This document shows, one piece after another, positions 49,848 to 61,359 of a stretch of 64,000 nt of DNA. Under the pieces are notes generated by a model. The model saw nothing but the letters and a program-made list of their open reading frames with translations. It searched no databases and had not been told where the DNA came from. This DNA is from Dendrobates tinctorius. Lineage: Eukaryota. The stretch spans positions 2,790,001-2,854,000 of the forward strand of contig NW_027361819.1 in the NCBI RefSeq assembly GCF_039654945.1, given 5' to 3'. The translations under genes and the position numbers were made by a program. The stretch's first letter is position 1, and each line of letters opens with the position of its first letter.

Positions 49848-50325
49848 AGGGGCGATGGGCCACTCAAGGGGAGGGGGGGGGGCGATGGGCCACTCAAGGG
49901 GAGGGGGGGGGCGATGGGCCACTCAAGGGGAGGGGGGGGGGGGGCGATGGGCCACTCAAGGGGAGGGGGGGGGGCGATGGGCCACTCAAGGGGAGGGGGG
50001 GGGGGCGATGGGCCACTCAAGGGGAGGGGGGGGGGGCGCGATGGGCCACTCGAGGGGAGGGGGGGGGGAGGGCGATGGGCCACTCGAGGGGAGGGGGGGG
50101 GGAGGGCGATGGGCCACTCGAGGGGAGGGGGGGGGGAGGGCGATGGGCCACTCGAGGGGAGGGGGGGGGGAGGGCGATGGGCCACTCGAGGGGAGGGGGG
50201 GGGGAGGGCGATGGGCCACTCGAGGGGAGGGGGGAGGGCGATGGGCCACTCGAGGGGAGGGGGGAGGGCGATGGGCCACTCAAAGGGAGGGGGGGTGATG
50301 GGCCAATCGAGGGGAGGGGAGGGGG
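49848..50325. repeat. About 28-35 bp G-run minisatellite
   Basis: GGCGATGGGCCACTC(A/G)AGGGGAGGGGGGGG with a variable G tract; intronic. Confidence 0.92.
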
Positions 50326-50365
50326 GCCATCTGGACCCGGTAGTCAGAGTTCTCGGATCGCCCAC

Positions 50366-50506
50366 CTGGAGACACTGGTGAATCATAAGGAGAAGCAGCA
50401 GCACAATGAGATACAGCGAGACGGTCAGGAAGATGACCCCCGGCAGAGGGACGCTGAGCTCAGGAGCGACCGCCGCCGAGGAAGAGACCGCAGGGAATGT
50501 CAGAGC
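50366..50506 (-). CDS. Cys-rich membrane protein (LOC112694756-like), coding exon 2 (transmembrane segment)
   Basis: CTTTTCTTTTCCAG| ... CAG|GTGGGC, 141 nt, phase 0/0. ALTFPAVSSSAAVAPELSVPLPGVIFLTVSLYLIVLLLLLMIHQCLQ. Confidence 0.87.
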
Positions 50507-50644
50507 CTGGAAAAGAAAAGAGTGAGAAACGGCAGCAACAAACAACAGAGACGGCGAGACGCCCGACACTGCGGGACGAGAACGATCCTCACCGTCACCA
50601 TCAGGGGGATTATAGCACGAGAGAATGGAGACAGGAGACTCCGC

Positions 50645-51530
50645 AGAGGGACGAGAGACCCCGCCGTCCGCACACAGAGGGACCAGAGACCCCGCCGTCC
50701 GCACACAGAGGGACCAGAGACCCCGCCGTCCGCACACAGAGGGACCAGAGACCCCGCCGTCCGCACACAGAGGGACCAGAGACCCCGCCGTCCGCACACA
50801 GAGGGACCAGAGACCCCGCCGTCCGCACACAGGGGGACCAGAGACCCCGCCGTCCGCACACAGGGGGACCAGAGACCCCGCCGTCCGCACACAGGGGGAC
50901 CAGAGACCCCGCCGTCCGCACACAGGGGGACCAGAGACCCCGCCGTCCGCACACAGGGGGACCAGAGACCCCGCCGTCCGCACACAGGGGGACCAGAGAC
51001 CCCGCCGTCCGCACACAGAGGGACCGGAGACCCCGCCGTCCACACACAGAGGGACCGGAGACCCCGCCGTCCGCACACAGAGACCCCGCCGTCCGCACAC
51101 AGAGACCCCGCCGTCCGCACACAGAGGGACCAGAGACCCCGCCGTCCGCACACAGAGGGACCAGAGACCCCGCCGTCCGCACACAGAGACCCCGCCGTCC
51201 GCACACAGAGACCCCGCCGTCCGCACACAGAGGGACCAGAGACCCCGCCGTCCGCACGCAGAGGGACCAGAGACCCCGCTGTCCGCACCCAGAGGGACCA
51301 GAGACCCCGCCGTCCGCACACAGAGGGACCAGAGACCCCGCCGTCCGCACGCAGAGGGACCAGAGACCCCGCTGTCCGCACCCAGAGGGACCAGAGACCC
51401 CGCCGTCCGCACACAGAGGGACCAGAGACCCCGCCGTCCGCACGCAGAGGGACCAGAGACCCCGCTGTCCGCACCCAGAGGGACCAGAGACCCCGCCGTC
51501 CGCACACAGAGACCCCGCCGTCCGCACTCA
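50645..51530. repeat. 31-bp minisatellite (with 22-bp variants)
   Basis: AGAGGGACCAGAGACCCCGCCGTCCGCACAC. Confidence 0.95.
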
Positions 51531-51550
51531 GAGGGGTGGGGGACACTCAC

Positions 51551-51556
51551 CGCCAT
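51551..51556 (-). CDS. Cys-rich membrane protein, start-codon micro-exon (exon 51575-51551; coding part ATG GCG)
   Basis: TTCTCTCTTCCTCCTAG|GATCCAGTAGCCGAAGGTGATGGCG|GTGAGT. Good Kozak context (G at -3 and +4), phase 0 into the next exon. Confidence 0.7.
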
Positions 51557-51689
51557 CACCTTCGGCTACTGGATCCTAGGAGGAAGAGAGAAGCCGTCAG
51601 TTTTGTGCGACTTCATGTTCTACAGAAAAAAAGTCGCCCCTGAGCCTGAAATGTGACCGGTCTGCGCCGTTTCCCGTACGCCGCCTGCG

Positions 51690-52050
51690 GAGCCCACAAC
51701 GGTCATGTGACCCAATGTCACACCTGATAACCACGCCCCTTTGTCAATAACAACGACGTGACTGATTGGGGGCACATAGGAAACACTGTATCACCCACCT
51801 GGTGCCCCTCGTGCTCCGTGCTCCCCTCTTTCCTCCTCCGGGGTCCCCGCATCTCGCGAGACTCCGTTCCGCGTCCCTCGTTGCCATAGAGACCGGGCGC
51901 AGCAGTTCAGCCGTACGGCGGCCGTCAGCGGACACTCTTCCTCCGGAGCAGTCACGTGCAGGCTCCTAGAGAGGGCACCGAGCTAAGTACGGAGTCAGCA
52001 CGAGGGGGAGCGGCCCGCGGGCCGCCGGTGACGGGATCAGCGCGAGGCAC
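51690..52050. promoter_or_regulatory. CpG-island promoter (probably bidirectional) with the non-coding first exon of the Cys-rich gene
   Basis: Minus-strand donor CAG|GTGGGT at 51799/51798; TCTCGCGAGA (BANP/ZBTB33-type) 51852-51861; RFX X-box GTTGCCATAGAGAC 51880-51893; E-box GTCACGTG 51951-51958; ATTGG 51765-51769; CCACGCCCC 51731-51739. Confidence 0.65.
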
Positions 52051-52068
52051 CGGCCATAATGGAATCAT

Positions 52069-54265
52069 TTAACCTCTTAATGACCGGAGGGTTTTTTTCC
52101 CGTTTTCCGCTCCCCTTCTTCCCAGAGCCATCACTTTGTTATTTCTCCGGCTATTCGGCCGAGTGAGGGCTGATTATTTGCGGGACGAGCTGCACTTTTG
52201 AACGACACCGTTGGTTTTACCATTTCGTGTTCTAGAAAACGGGAAAAAGATTCCAAGTGCGGAGAAATTGCAAAAAAAACACCTGCCGCCCCCTGTGTGT
52301 TATTTGGCTTTTTTGCTCGGTTCCCTGCTGATTCTCCGGCTCATCACGAGGTCGCAGGCACCAGGACTTGTCCGGCGTCTTTTTATCTAAGTGGTGAAAA
52401 AAAATTACAAAACTTGCTAAAAAGCCAACATGGCGCCATCCTCCTCCTCGCCCGCAGCGTCTCCGTCCTCCTCGCCCCGCAGCGTCTCCGTCCTCCTCGC
52501 CCCGCAGCGTCTCCGTCCTCCTCGCCCGCAGCGTCTCCGTCCTCCTCGCCCCGCAGCGTCTCCGTCCTCCTCGCCCGCAGCGTCTCCGTCCTCCTCGCCC
52601 CGCAGCGTCTCCGTCCTCCTCGCCCCGCAGCGTCTCCGTTCTCCTCGCCCGCAGCGTCTCCATCCTCCTCCTGACCCCGCAGCGTCTCCGTCCTCCTCGC
52701 CCGCAGCGTCTCCGTCCTCCTCGCCCGCAGCGTCTCCGTCCTCCTCGCCCGCAGCGTCTCCGTCCTCCTCGCCCGCAGCGTCTCCGTCCTCCTCGCCCGC
52801 AGCGTCTCCGTCCTCCTCGCCCCGCAGCGTCTCCATCCTCCTCGCCCCGCAGCGTCTCCGTTCTCCTCGCCCGCAGCGTCTCCATCCTCCTCCTGACCCC
52901 GCAGCGTCTCCGTCCTCCTCGCCCGCAGCGTCTCCGTCCTCCTCGCCCGCAGCGTCTCCGTCCTCCTCGCCCCGCAGCGTCTCCGTCCTCCTCGCCCGCA
53001 GCGTCTCCGTCCTCCTCGCCCGCAGCGTCTCCGTCCTCCTCGCCCGCAGCGTCTCCGTCCTCCTCGCCCCGCAGCGTCTCCGTCCTCCTCGCCCCGCAGC
53101 GTCTCCGTCCTCCTCGCCCGCAGCGTCTCCGTCCTCCTCGCCCGCAGCGTCTCCGTCCTCCTCGCCCGCAGCGTCTCCGTCCTCCTCGCCCCGCAGCGTC
53201 TCCGTCCTCCTCGCCCGCAGCGTCTCCGTCCTCCTCGCCCGCAGCGTCTCCGTCCTCCTCGCCCGCAGCGTCTCCGTCCTCCTCGCCCCGCAGCGTCTCC
53301 GTCCTCCTCGCCCCGCAGCGTCTCCGTCCTCCTCGCCCCGCAGCGTCTCCGTCCTCCTCGCCCGCAGCGTCTCCGTCCTCCTCGCCCCGCAGCGTCTCCG
53401 TTCTCCTCGCCCGCAGCGTCTCCGTCCTCCTCGCCCCGCAGCGTCTCCGTCCTCCTCGCCCGCAGCGTCTCCGTCCTCCTCGCCCCGCAGCGTCTCCGTC
53501 CTCCTCGCCCGCAGCGTCTCCGTCCTCCTCGCCCGCAGCGTCTCCGTCCTCCTCGCCCGCAGCGTCTCCGTCCTCCTCGCCCCGCAGCGTCTCCGTCCTC
53601 CTCGCCCCGCAGCGTCTCCGTCCTCCTCGCCCCGCAGCGTCTCCGTCCTCCTCGCCCCGCAGCGTCTCCGTCCTCCTCGCCCGCAGCGTCTCCGTCCTCC
53701 TCGCCCGCAGCGTCTCCGTCCTCCTCGCCCCGCAGCGTCTCCGTCCTCCTCGCCCCGCAGCGTCTCCGTCCTCCTCGCCCCGCAGCGTCTCCGTCCTCCT
53801 CGCCCGCAGCGTCTCCGTCCTCCTCGCCCCGCAGCGTCTCCGTCCTCCTCGCCCCGCAGCGTCTCCGTTCTCCTCGCCCGCAGCGTTTCCATTCTTCGTG
53901 CTCTAGGGTCGGGGGCGGCTGATTTTTTCCGTGCCGGGCTGACGGTTTATTGATGCCACTTTTGTGCAGCGACGATCTTCTGATCGCCCGTTATTGCATT
54001 TTAATGCGACCAAAAAACGTAATTCTGGCGTTTTGGTTTTTTTTGCGATCGGGTTAATTCCTTTTTTTATTGATTGATCGGCCGATTCCTAATATGTGTC
54101 TGTGGGATTTTTTTTTTAAATTGTTTTATTTTGATTGAGGTGAAAGGAGGGGATGTAAAGTTTTATGTTTTTTTATTTTTAAACACTTTTTTTTTACCTT
54201 TGTCATGCTTCAGCAGCTTCCATAGGAGACGAGAAGCTCCCAGACTTGATCGGCTCCGCTACATG
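52069..54265. mobile_element. TTAA-type (piggyBac-like) non-autonomous element fragment, interrupted by a minisatellite
   Basis: Begins TTAA-CCTCTTAATGACC followed by T-rich internal sequence like anuran TTAA elements (from memory). No matching right terminus found. Confidence 0.45.
52440..53890. repeat. 23-24 bp CpG-rich minisatellite, about 60 copies
   Basis: CGCAGCGTCTCCGTCCTCCTCGCC(C). Confidence 0.96.
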
Positions 54266-55432
54266 CTGTAGTTAGGAGGGTGGTGGGGGGGGGTCCTGTA
54301 GTTAGGAGGGTGGTGGGGGGGTGGTCCTGTAGTTAGGAGGGTGGTGGGGGTCCTGTAGTTAGGAGGGTGGTGGGGGGGGTGGTCCTGTAGTTAGGAGGGT
54401 GGCTGGGGGGGGGGTCCTGTAGTTAGGAGGGTGGTGGGGGGGGGGTCCTGTAGTTAGGAGGGTGGTGGGGGGGGGGTCCTGTAGTTAGGAGGGTGGTGGG
54501 GGGGGTGGTCCTGTAGTTAGGAGGGTGGTGGGGGTCCTGTAGTTAGGAGGGTGGTGGGGGGGGTGGTCCTGTAGTTAGGAGGGTGGCTGGGGGGGGGGTC
54601 CTGTAGTTAGGAGGGCGGCGGCGGGGGGGGGGGGTCCTGTAGTTAGGAGGGCGGCGGGGGGGGGGTCCTGTACTTAGGAGGGCGGCGGGGGGGGTCCTGT
54701 AGTTAGGAGGGTGTTGGGGGGGGTCCTGTAGTTAGGAGGGTGGTGGGGGGGGTCCTGTAGTTAGGAGGGTGGTGGGGGGGGGGTCCTGTAGTTAGGAGGG
54801 TGGCGGGGGGGTCCTGTAGTTAGGAGGGTGGTGGGGGGGGGTCCTGTAGTTAGGAGGGTGTTGGGGGGGTCCTGTAGTTAGGAGGGTGGTGGGGGGGGGT
54901 CCTGTAGTTAGGAGGGTGGTGGCGGGGGGGTCCTGTAGTTAGGAGGGTGGTGGGGGGGGTCCTGTAGTTAGGAGGGTGGCGGGGGGGTCCTGTAGTTAGG
55001 AGGGTGGCGGGGGGGTCCTGTAGTTAGGAGGGTGGTGGGGGGGGGGTCCTGTAGTTAGGAGGGTGGTGGGGGGGGGGGTCCTGTAGTTAGGAGGGTGGTG
55101 GTGGGGGGGTCCTGTAGTTAGGAGGGTGGCGGGGGGGTCCTGTAGTTAGGAGGGTGGTGGGGGGGGGGTCCTGTAGTTAGGAGGGTGGTGGGGGGGGGGT
55201 CCTGTAGTTAGGAGGGTGGTGGGGGGGGGTCCTGTAGTTAGGAGGGTGGCGGGGGGGTCCTGTAGTTAGGAGGGTGGCGGGGGGTCCTGTAGTTAGGAGG
55301 GTGGTGGGGGGGGGGTCATGTAGTTAGGAGGGTGGCGGGGGGGTCCTGTAGTTAGGAGGGTGGCGGGGGGTCCTGTAGTTAGGAGGGTGGCGGGGGGGTC
55401 CTGTAGTTAGGAGGGTGGCGGGGGGTCCTGTT
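54266..55432. repeat. About 26-33 bp G-run minisatellite
   Basis: CCTGTAGTTAGGAGGGTGG(T/C)GGGGGGG(n)T, about 40 copies. Confidence 0.95.
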
Positions 55433-55444
55433 GTCAGGATGTTA

Positions 55445-55788
55445 GGGTATGTTTACACTGGGTGTTTTTGCTGCGTTTTTTATGCTCATTTTCAGCTTCC
55501 CATTACCAGCAGCGTCTGTGAGATCTCTCTCCTGCACACATTGTTTTTTGGCATCAGGGTTTTGCGTTTTCTTGGCAGAGAGCCGGTCACCGCTTCCTGC
55601 GTTTCTCGCCCTGTGGCTGCAGTGGACGGTGAATCCGCCGCTCTCGTCACTTTCTGCCGATTCGGCTTTTTTAGCCTCCACAGAGAGACACAAGTTTGCC
55701 TGAAACACTCAGGAACAATCCGCAGCTAAACCTGCGTTTCTGCCGCCGCTTCTTTCCTGCCAAGAAACCGCCCAGTGTGAACGTCGCC
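55445..55788. mobile_element. PIF/Harbinger-type MITE (344 bp)
   Basis: Imperfect TIRs GGGTATGTTTACACTGGG / CCCAGTGTGAACGTCGCC, with TTA on both sides (55442-55444 and 55789-55791). Confidence 0.7.
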
Positions 55789-56115
55789 TTACAGGGATGA
55801 AGACACCATGATGCCAGGAATGCGCAGTGTTTAACCCCTTCACACACTGCCTCTAGGAGAGCAGTGACGCTTTATAGCACAAGCGACCAAACGATTTGAG
55901 GGGAACGAAAGAAGTAAAAAAGGCTAAAAATTAATATAACAACCACCCCCCGTATTCAGTGTCACATTGTCCATAAAATTCCTCTCTAATATAAGAGAGT
56001 AGAATAGTAATAAAGAATGTCGTCCGGTGATCGCAGCGATCCGGAGATCAGTGCCATCCGGTCATTGTAGCCGCACTGTGACCAGTCTGTAGCTCTGGGT
56101 GCAGAACGAGCAGCA

Positions 56116-56132
56116 GGCACCAGAGGGCGCCA
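56116..56132 (+). promoter_or_regulatory. CTCF-like motif
   Basis: GGCACCAGAGGGCGCCA, close to the CTCF core consensus. Confidence 0.45.
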
Positions 56133-56344
56133 TCGTCACACAGGACACCTCCCGCCACCGCTTTATATTTATTTTTTCACTCCCTTTAATAAGTTTCTGC
56201 ACCCCAGAACATCACGATCTGTCAGACATGACACCTCCCCCCAGACCCGGAACAGCTGCCCCCATTACATTACTTCTGCCATTTATGGAGAGGCCGCCTC
56301 CTAATTGTGGAATAAAAAAAAAAGGACAGGGGTGCACATACTTC

Positions 56345-57270
56345 TCCACACCCCTCCACCTCCGCACCTCGACCCCTCCGCACCTCGACCCCTCCGCTCC
56401 CCTTCACCTCCACACCCCGACGCCTCCGCACCCCGACCCCTCCGCTCCCCTTCACTTCTGCACCCCTCCACCTCCGCACCTCGACCCCTCCGCACCTCGA
56501 CCCCTCCGCACCCCTCCACCTCCACACCCCGACGCCTCCGCACCCCGACCCCTCCGCTCCCCTTCACTTCTGCACCCCTCCACCTCCGCACCTCGACCCC
56601 TCCACACCTCGACCCCTCCGCACCCCTCCACCTCCACACCCCGACGCCTCCGCACCCCGACCCCTCCGCTCCCCTCCACTTCTGCACCCCTCCACCTCCG
56701 CACCTCGACCCCTCCACACCTCGACCCCTCCGCACCCCTCCACCTCCACACCCCGACGCCTCCGCACCCCGACCCCTCCGCTCCCCTCCACTTCTGCACC
56801 CCTCCACCTCCGCACCTCGACCCCTCCACACCTCGACCCCTCCGCACCCCTCCACCTCCACACCCCGACGCCTCCGCACCCCGACCCCTCCGCACCCCTC
56901 CACTTCTGCACCCCTCCACCTCCGCACCTCGACCCCTCCGCACCCCTCCACCTCCGCACCCCTCCATCTTCGCACCCCTCCGCCTCCGCTCCTCTCCGCT
57001 TCCACACCCTGATCCCTCTACCTCTGCACTCCTCCACCACCACACCCCGACACCTCCACACCCCGACCCCTCCACCTCCGCTCCCCTCCACCTCCACACC
57101 CCAACCCCTCTGCACCCCTCCACCTCCGTCCACCTCCACACCCCTCCACCTCCGCACCCTGACCCCTGCACCTCCACACCCCGACCCCTGCACCTCCACA
57201 CCCCTCCACCTCCGTACCCCAACCCCTCCACCTCTGCACCCCGACCCCTCCACTCCCAGTCTCTCAGACA
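56345..57270. repeat. C-rich composite tandem repeat
   Basis: CCCCTCCACCTCCGCACCTCGA and CCCCGACGCCTCCGCA modules with a longer period of roughly 100-120 bp. Confidence 0.9.
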
Positions 57271-57877
57271 CCCCCCGCCACAATCTTCCGCTTCATCTTT
57301 CTTCCGATTTTGCAAATCAAAGCTTCTCTAGGCAAAAAAGAGGTTTTGCATAAATCCTCAGCCCCTCCGTATTAACTCTTTCCTTTCCCTCTTGCCAACA
57401 CCTGCTGCTGTTTTCCTTTTTTTTTCTTCTTCTTTCTATAAATGGACGAATCAGGTCAAAAAGTATTTGCTTTTCCTGCAGCTCCCCCGATGGTGGTGTG
57501 GAGTATTACATGGTGACTATTGTAATCAGTGGGCCGGGTCCTCCAGAGCAATACATAGGAGTGATGGCAGGTGAGGGCGCCCCCTGTGGTTTGATGCCAA
57601 AGTCTCGAAGTGCACATTAGGTAAAGTGGGGGGTTCTGAAAATTGCCCATAAAGCAGTGAGAGCAGGAACCTGCAGCTGAGGAGCGAACAGCGGAGTAAG
57701 CAGAATCCGGAGATCGCAGCCGGCGCGGGTCCTGTATCAGCAGAAGCTGCCGATCAATGTCTGGAAAATCAATCCATAAGGAAAACTGCAGGACCCAAGG
57801 GGGAGGGGAGGACGCACCAGGCAGGGGGTCCGGAGAGCAAGGGGGAGGGCAGCATAATGTACAGTAATCCAGAAAGG

Positions 57878-60380
57878 ATAGTGAGTGCAGCTCTGGGGTA
57901 TAATACAGGATGTAACTCAGGATCAGTAACGTAATGTATGTACACAGTGACTGCACCAGCAGAATAGTGAGTGCAGCTCTTGGGTATAATACAGGATGTA
58001 ACTCAGGATCAATAATGTAATGTATGTACACAGTGACTGCACCAGCAGACTAGTGAGTGCAGCTCTGGGGTATAATACAGGAGGTAACTTAGGATCAGTA
58101 ATGTAATGTATGTACACAGTGACAGCACCAGCAGAATAGTGAGTGCAGCTCTGGAGTATAATACAGGATGTAACTCAGGATCAGTAATGTAATGTCTGTA
58201 CACAGTGACCGCACCAGCAGAATAGTGAGTGCAGCTCTGGAGTATAATACAGGAGGTAACTCAGGATCAGTAATGTAATGTATGTACACAGTGACCGCAC
58301 CAGCAGAATAGTGAGTGCAGCTCTGGAGTATAATACAGGAGGTAACTCAGGATCAGTAACGTAATGTATGTACACAGTGACTGCACCAGCAGAATAGTGA
58401 GTGCAGCTCTGGAGTATAATACAGGAGGTAACTCAGGATCAGTAATGTAATGTATGTACACAGTGACTGCACCAGCAGAATAGTGAGTGCAGCTCTGGAG
58501 TATAATACAGGAGGTAACTTAGGATCAGTAATGTAATGTATGTACACAGTGACTGCACCAGCAGGATAGTGAGTGCAGCTCTGGAGTATAATACAGGATG
58601 TAACTCAGGATCAGTAATGTCTGTACACAGTGACCGCACCAGCAGAATAGTGAGTGCAGCTCTGGAGTATAATACAGGAGGTAACTCAGGATCAGTAATG
58701 TAATGTATGTACACAGTGACCGCACCAGCAGAATAGTGAGTGCAGCTCTGGAGTATAATACAGGAGGTAACTCAGGATCAGTAACGTAATGTATGTACAC
58801 AGTGACTGCACCAGCAGAATAGTGAGTGCAGCTCTGGAGTATAATACAGGAGGTAACTCAGGATCAGTAATGTAATGTATGTACACAGTGACTGCACCAG
58901 CAGAATAGTGAGTGCAGCTCTGGGGTATAATACAGGATGTAACTCAGGATCAGTAATGTAATGTATGTACACAGTGACCGCACCAGCAGAATAGTGAGTG
59001 CAGCTCTGGAGTATAATACAGGAGGTAACTCAGGATCAGTAACGTAATGTATGTACACAGTGACTGCACCAGCAGAATAGTGAGTGCAGCTCTGGGGTAT
59101 AATACAGGATGTAACTCAGGATCAGTAATGTAATGTATGTACACAGTGACTGCACCAGCAGAATAGTGAGTGCAGCTCTGGAGTATAATACAGGAGGTAA
59201 CTCAGGATCAGTAATGTAATGTATGTACACAATGACTGCACCAGCAGAATAGTGAGTGCAGCTCTGGGGTATAATACAGGAGGTAACTCAGGATCAGTAA
59301 TGTAATGTATGTACACAGTGACCGCACCAGCAGAATAGTGAGTGCAGCTCTGGAGTATAATACAGGAGGTAACTCAGGATCAGTAACGTAATGTATGTAC
59401 ACAGTGACTGCACCAGCAGAATAGTGAGTGCAGCTCTGGGGTATAATACAGGATGTAACTCAGGATCAGTAATGTAATGTATGTACACAGTGACTGCACC
59501 AGCAGAATAGTGAGTGCAGCTCTGGAGTATAATACAGGAGGTAACTCAGGATCAGTAATGTAATGTATGTACACAATGACTGCACCAGCAGAATAGTGAG
59601 TGCAGCTCTGGGGTATAATACAGGATGTAACTCAGGATCAGTAATGTAATGTATGTACACAGTGACTGCACCAGCAGAATAGTGAGTGCAGCTCTGGAGT
59701 ATAATACAGGAGGTAACTCAGGATCAGTAATGTAATGTATGTACACAATGACTGCACCAGCAGAATAGTGAGTGCAGCTCTGGAGTATAATACAGGATGT
59801 AACTCAGGATCAGTAATGTAATGTATGTACACAATGACTGCACCAGCAGAATAGTGAGTGCAGCTCTGGGGTATAATACAGGATGTAACTCAGGATCAGC
59901 AATGTAATGTATGTACACAGTGACTGCACCAGCAGAATAGTGAGTGCAGCTCTGGAGTATAATACAGGATGTAACTCAGGATCAGTAATGTAATGTATGT
60001 ACACAGTGACTGCACCAGCAGAATAGTGAGTGCAGCTCTGGGGTATAATACAGGATGTAACTCAGGATCAGTAATGTAATGTATGTACACAGTGACTGCA
60101 CCAGCAGAATAGTGAGTGCAGCTCTGGAGTATAATACAGAATGTAACTCAGGATGAGCAATGTAATGTATGTACACAGTGAGTGCAAGAGCGGAATATTG
60201 AGTGCAGCTCTGAAGTATAATACAGGATGTAACCTAGGATCAGTAATGTATGTACACAGTGACTGCACCAGCAGAATAGTGAGTGCAGCTCTGGAGTATA
60301 ATACAGGATGTAACTCAGTATCAGTAATGTATGTACACAGTGGCTGCACCAGCAGAATAGTGAGTGCAGCTCTGGAGGAT
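57878..60380. repeat. 86-bp satellite, about 29 copies
   Basis: CAGCAGAATAGTGAGTGCAGCTCTGGAGTATAATACAGGATGTAACTCAGGATCAGTAATGTAATGTATGTACACAGTGACTGCAC; the ORF track shows the 86-nt period. Confidence 0.98.
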
Positions 60381-61025
60381 ATTTTCCTGGTTATACAGTA
60401 ATTCTTCCTCTTTCTTTTCTCTCGCAGGGAGCAGTGACCGCAGAGCTGAGTGTGAGCTCTTCAGACAAGTTCTGTCCCGCCTGCTCCCCCCGAGTTGCGG
60501 TATAGCAGTGGTCTGTCTCCTGTGTTGCTGTCTGGTGTCTCTGGCAGTGGGGGATGTAGTGGGGGCCGCTGTGACGTGAGCCCCCGGCAGCTGTCATGAG
60601 ATGGGGGGCGGTGTGCTTATAATAAGGATTACACTGAAGACATGTGAACCCGGATTATGACAGCCCGGAGCAGCGTGCTGCAGACACCAAATCCATGCTG
60701 TGCCTTTAAATCCCTCCTCCTGGTGCCGTCCTCCTGTCCTTGTCACTGACAGCCCCTGTGCCTGTCTCTGGGCTGCTGGAGCGAGCGCAGCATCCACCCT
60801 CATCCCTGATCAGCAGGGTACCACTCATCCTCCATCGCCCCCTCCCCGGCCGCTCCATGCCCCCCTCCCCACTGCCTCTTTGTCTTTTCCTAGGACTCTG
60901 CCCCCTTTTGTCTGTGTGTCTGTGTGCCCCCCTCTCCGGCGTGTGTGTGTGACGGGGGTCCCCCCTGTGCGGTGTCTCTGTCTCCCCCGTCCCTGTCTCT
61001 CGTCTCCATCCTCTCCTCTGCCGCA

Positions 61026-61150
61026 ATGGTACATGTCCTGGCCGCTGGCAGCCTCTTCTTCCCGGGTCTCTTCCTCCTCTCCAAGGCCGGACTGCGGAGG
61101 CTGAGGCTCTTCCGTGGGGAGGAATCCAACACCGTCATAGTGTCAGCCAG
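61026..61150 (+). CDS. tlcd3b: TLC domain-containing 3B (FAM57B, ceramide synthase), first coding exon; remaining exons not seen in the window
   Basis: MVHVLAAGSLFFPGLFLLSKAGLRRLRLFRGEESNTVIVSAR ending at donor AG|GTACCG (125 nt, phase 2). Matches the remembered TLCD3B N-terminus (FPGLFLLSK...VIVSAR). Head-to-head with aldoa as in mammals. Confidence 0.85.
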
Positions 61151-61359
61151 GTACCGGGGGGGGGCGAGGGGCGGCGGGGGGCACCGGCCGGGGCGGAGGG
61201 CTCCAGGGCAGCACTGCAGGCCGGATATACTGTATACAGAGGGAGCGCACACCTATATACAGCACCGTGCCCCGCCAATGCCCCCGCGTGCAGTGCAGCT
61301 CCACGTATGTGTGTCACCGAGATCCCCAGATACAGCGATACCTTATATACAGATGTAGC

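Noticed and set aside
54266-55432. Interstitial telomeric repeat
   Set aside because: It has TTAGGAGGG once per unit, not tandem TTAGGG.
49768-60349. Long Pro/Gly/Arg-rich ORFs and the 64-aa ladder over the 86-bp satellite
   Set aside because: Repeat translations. Only the short internal segments bounded by splice sites (49593-49739, 50366-50506, 51551-51556) are accepted as exons.
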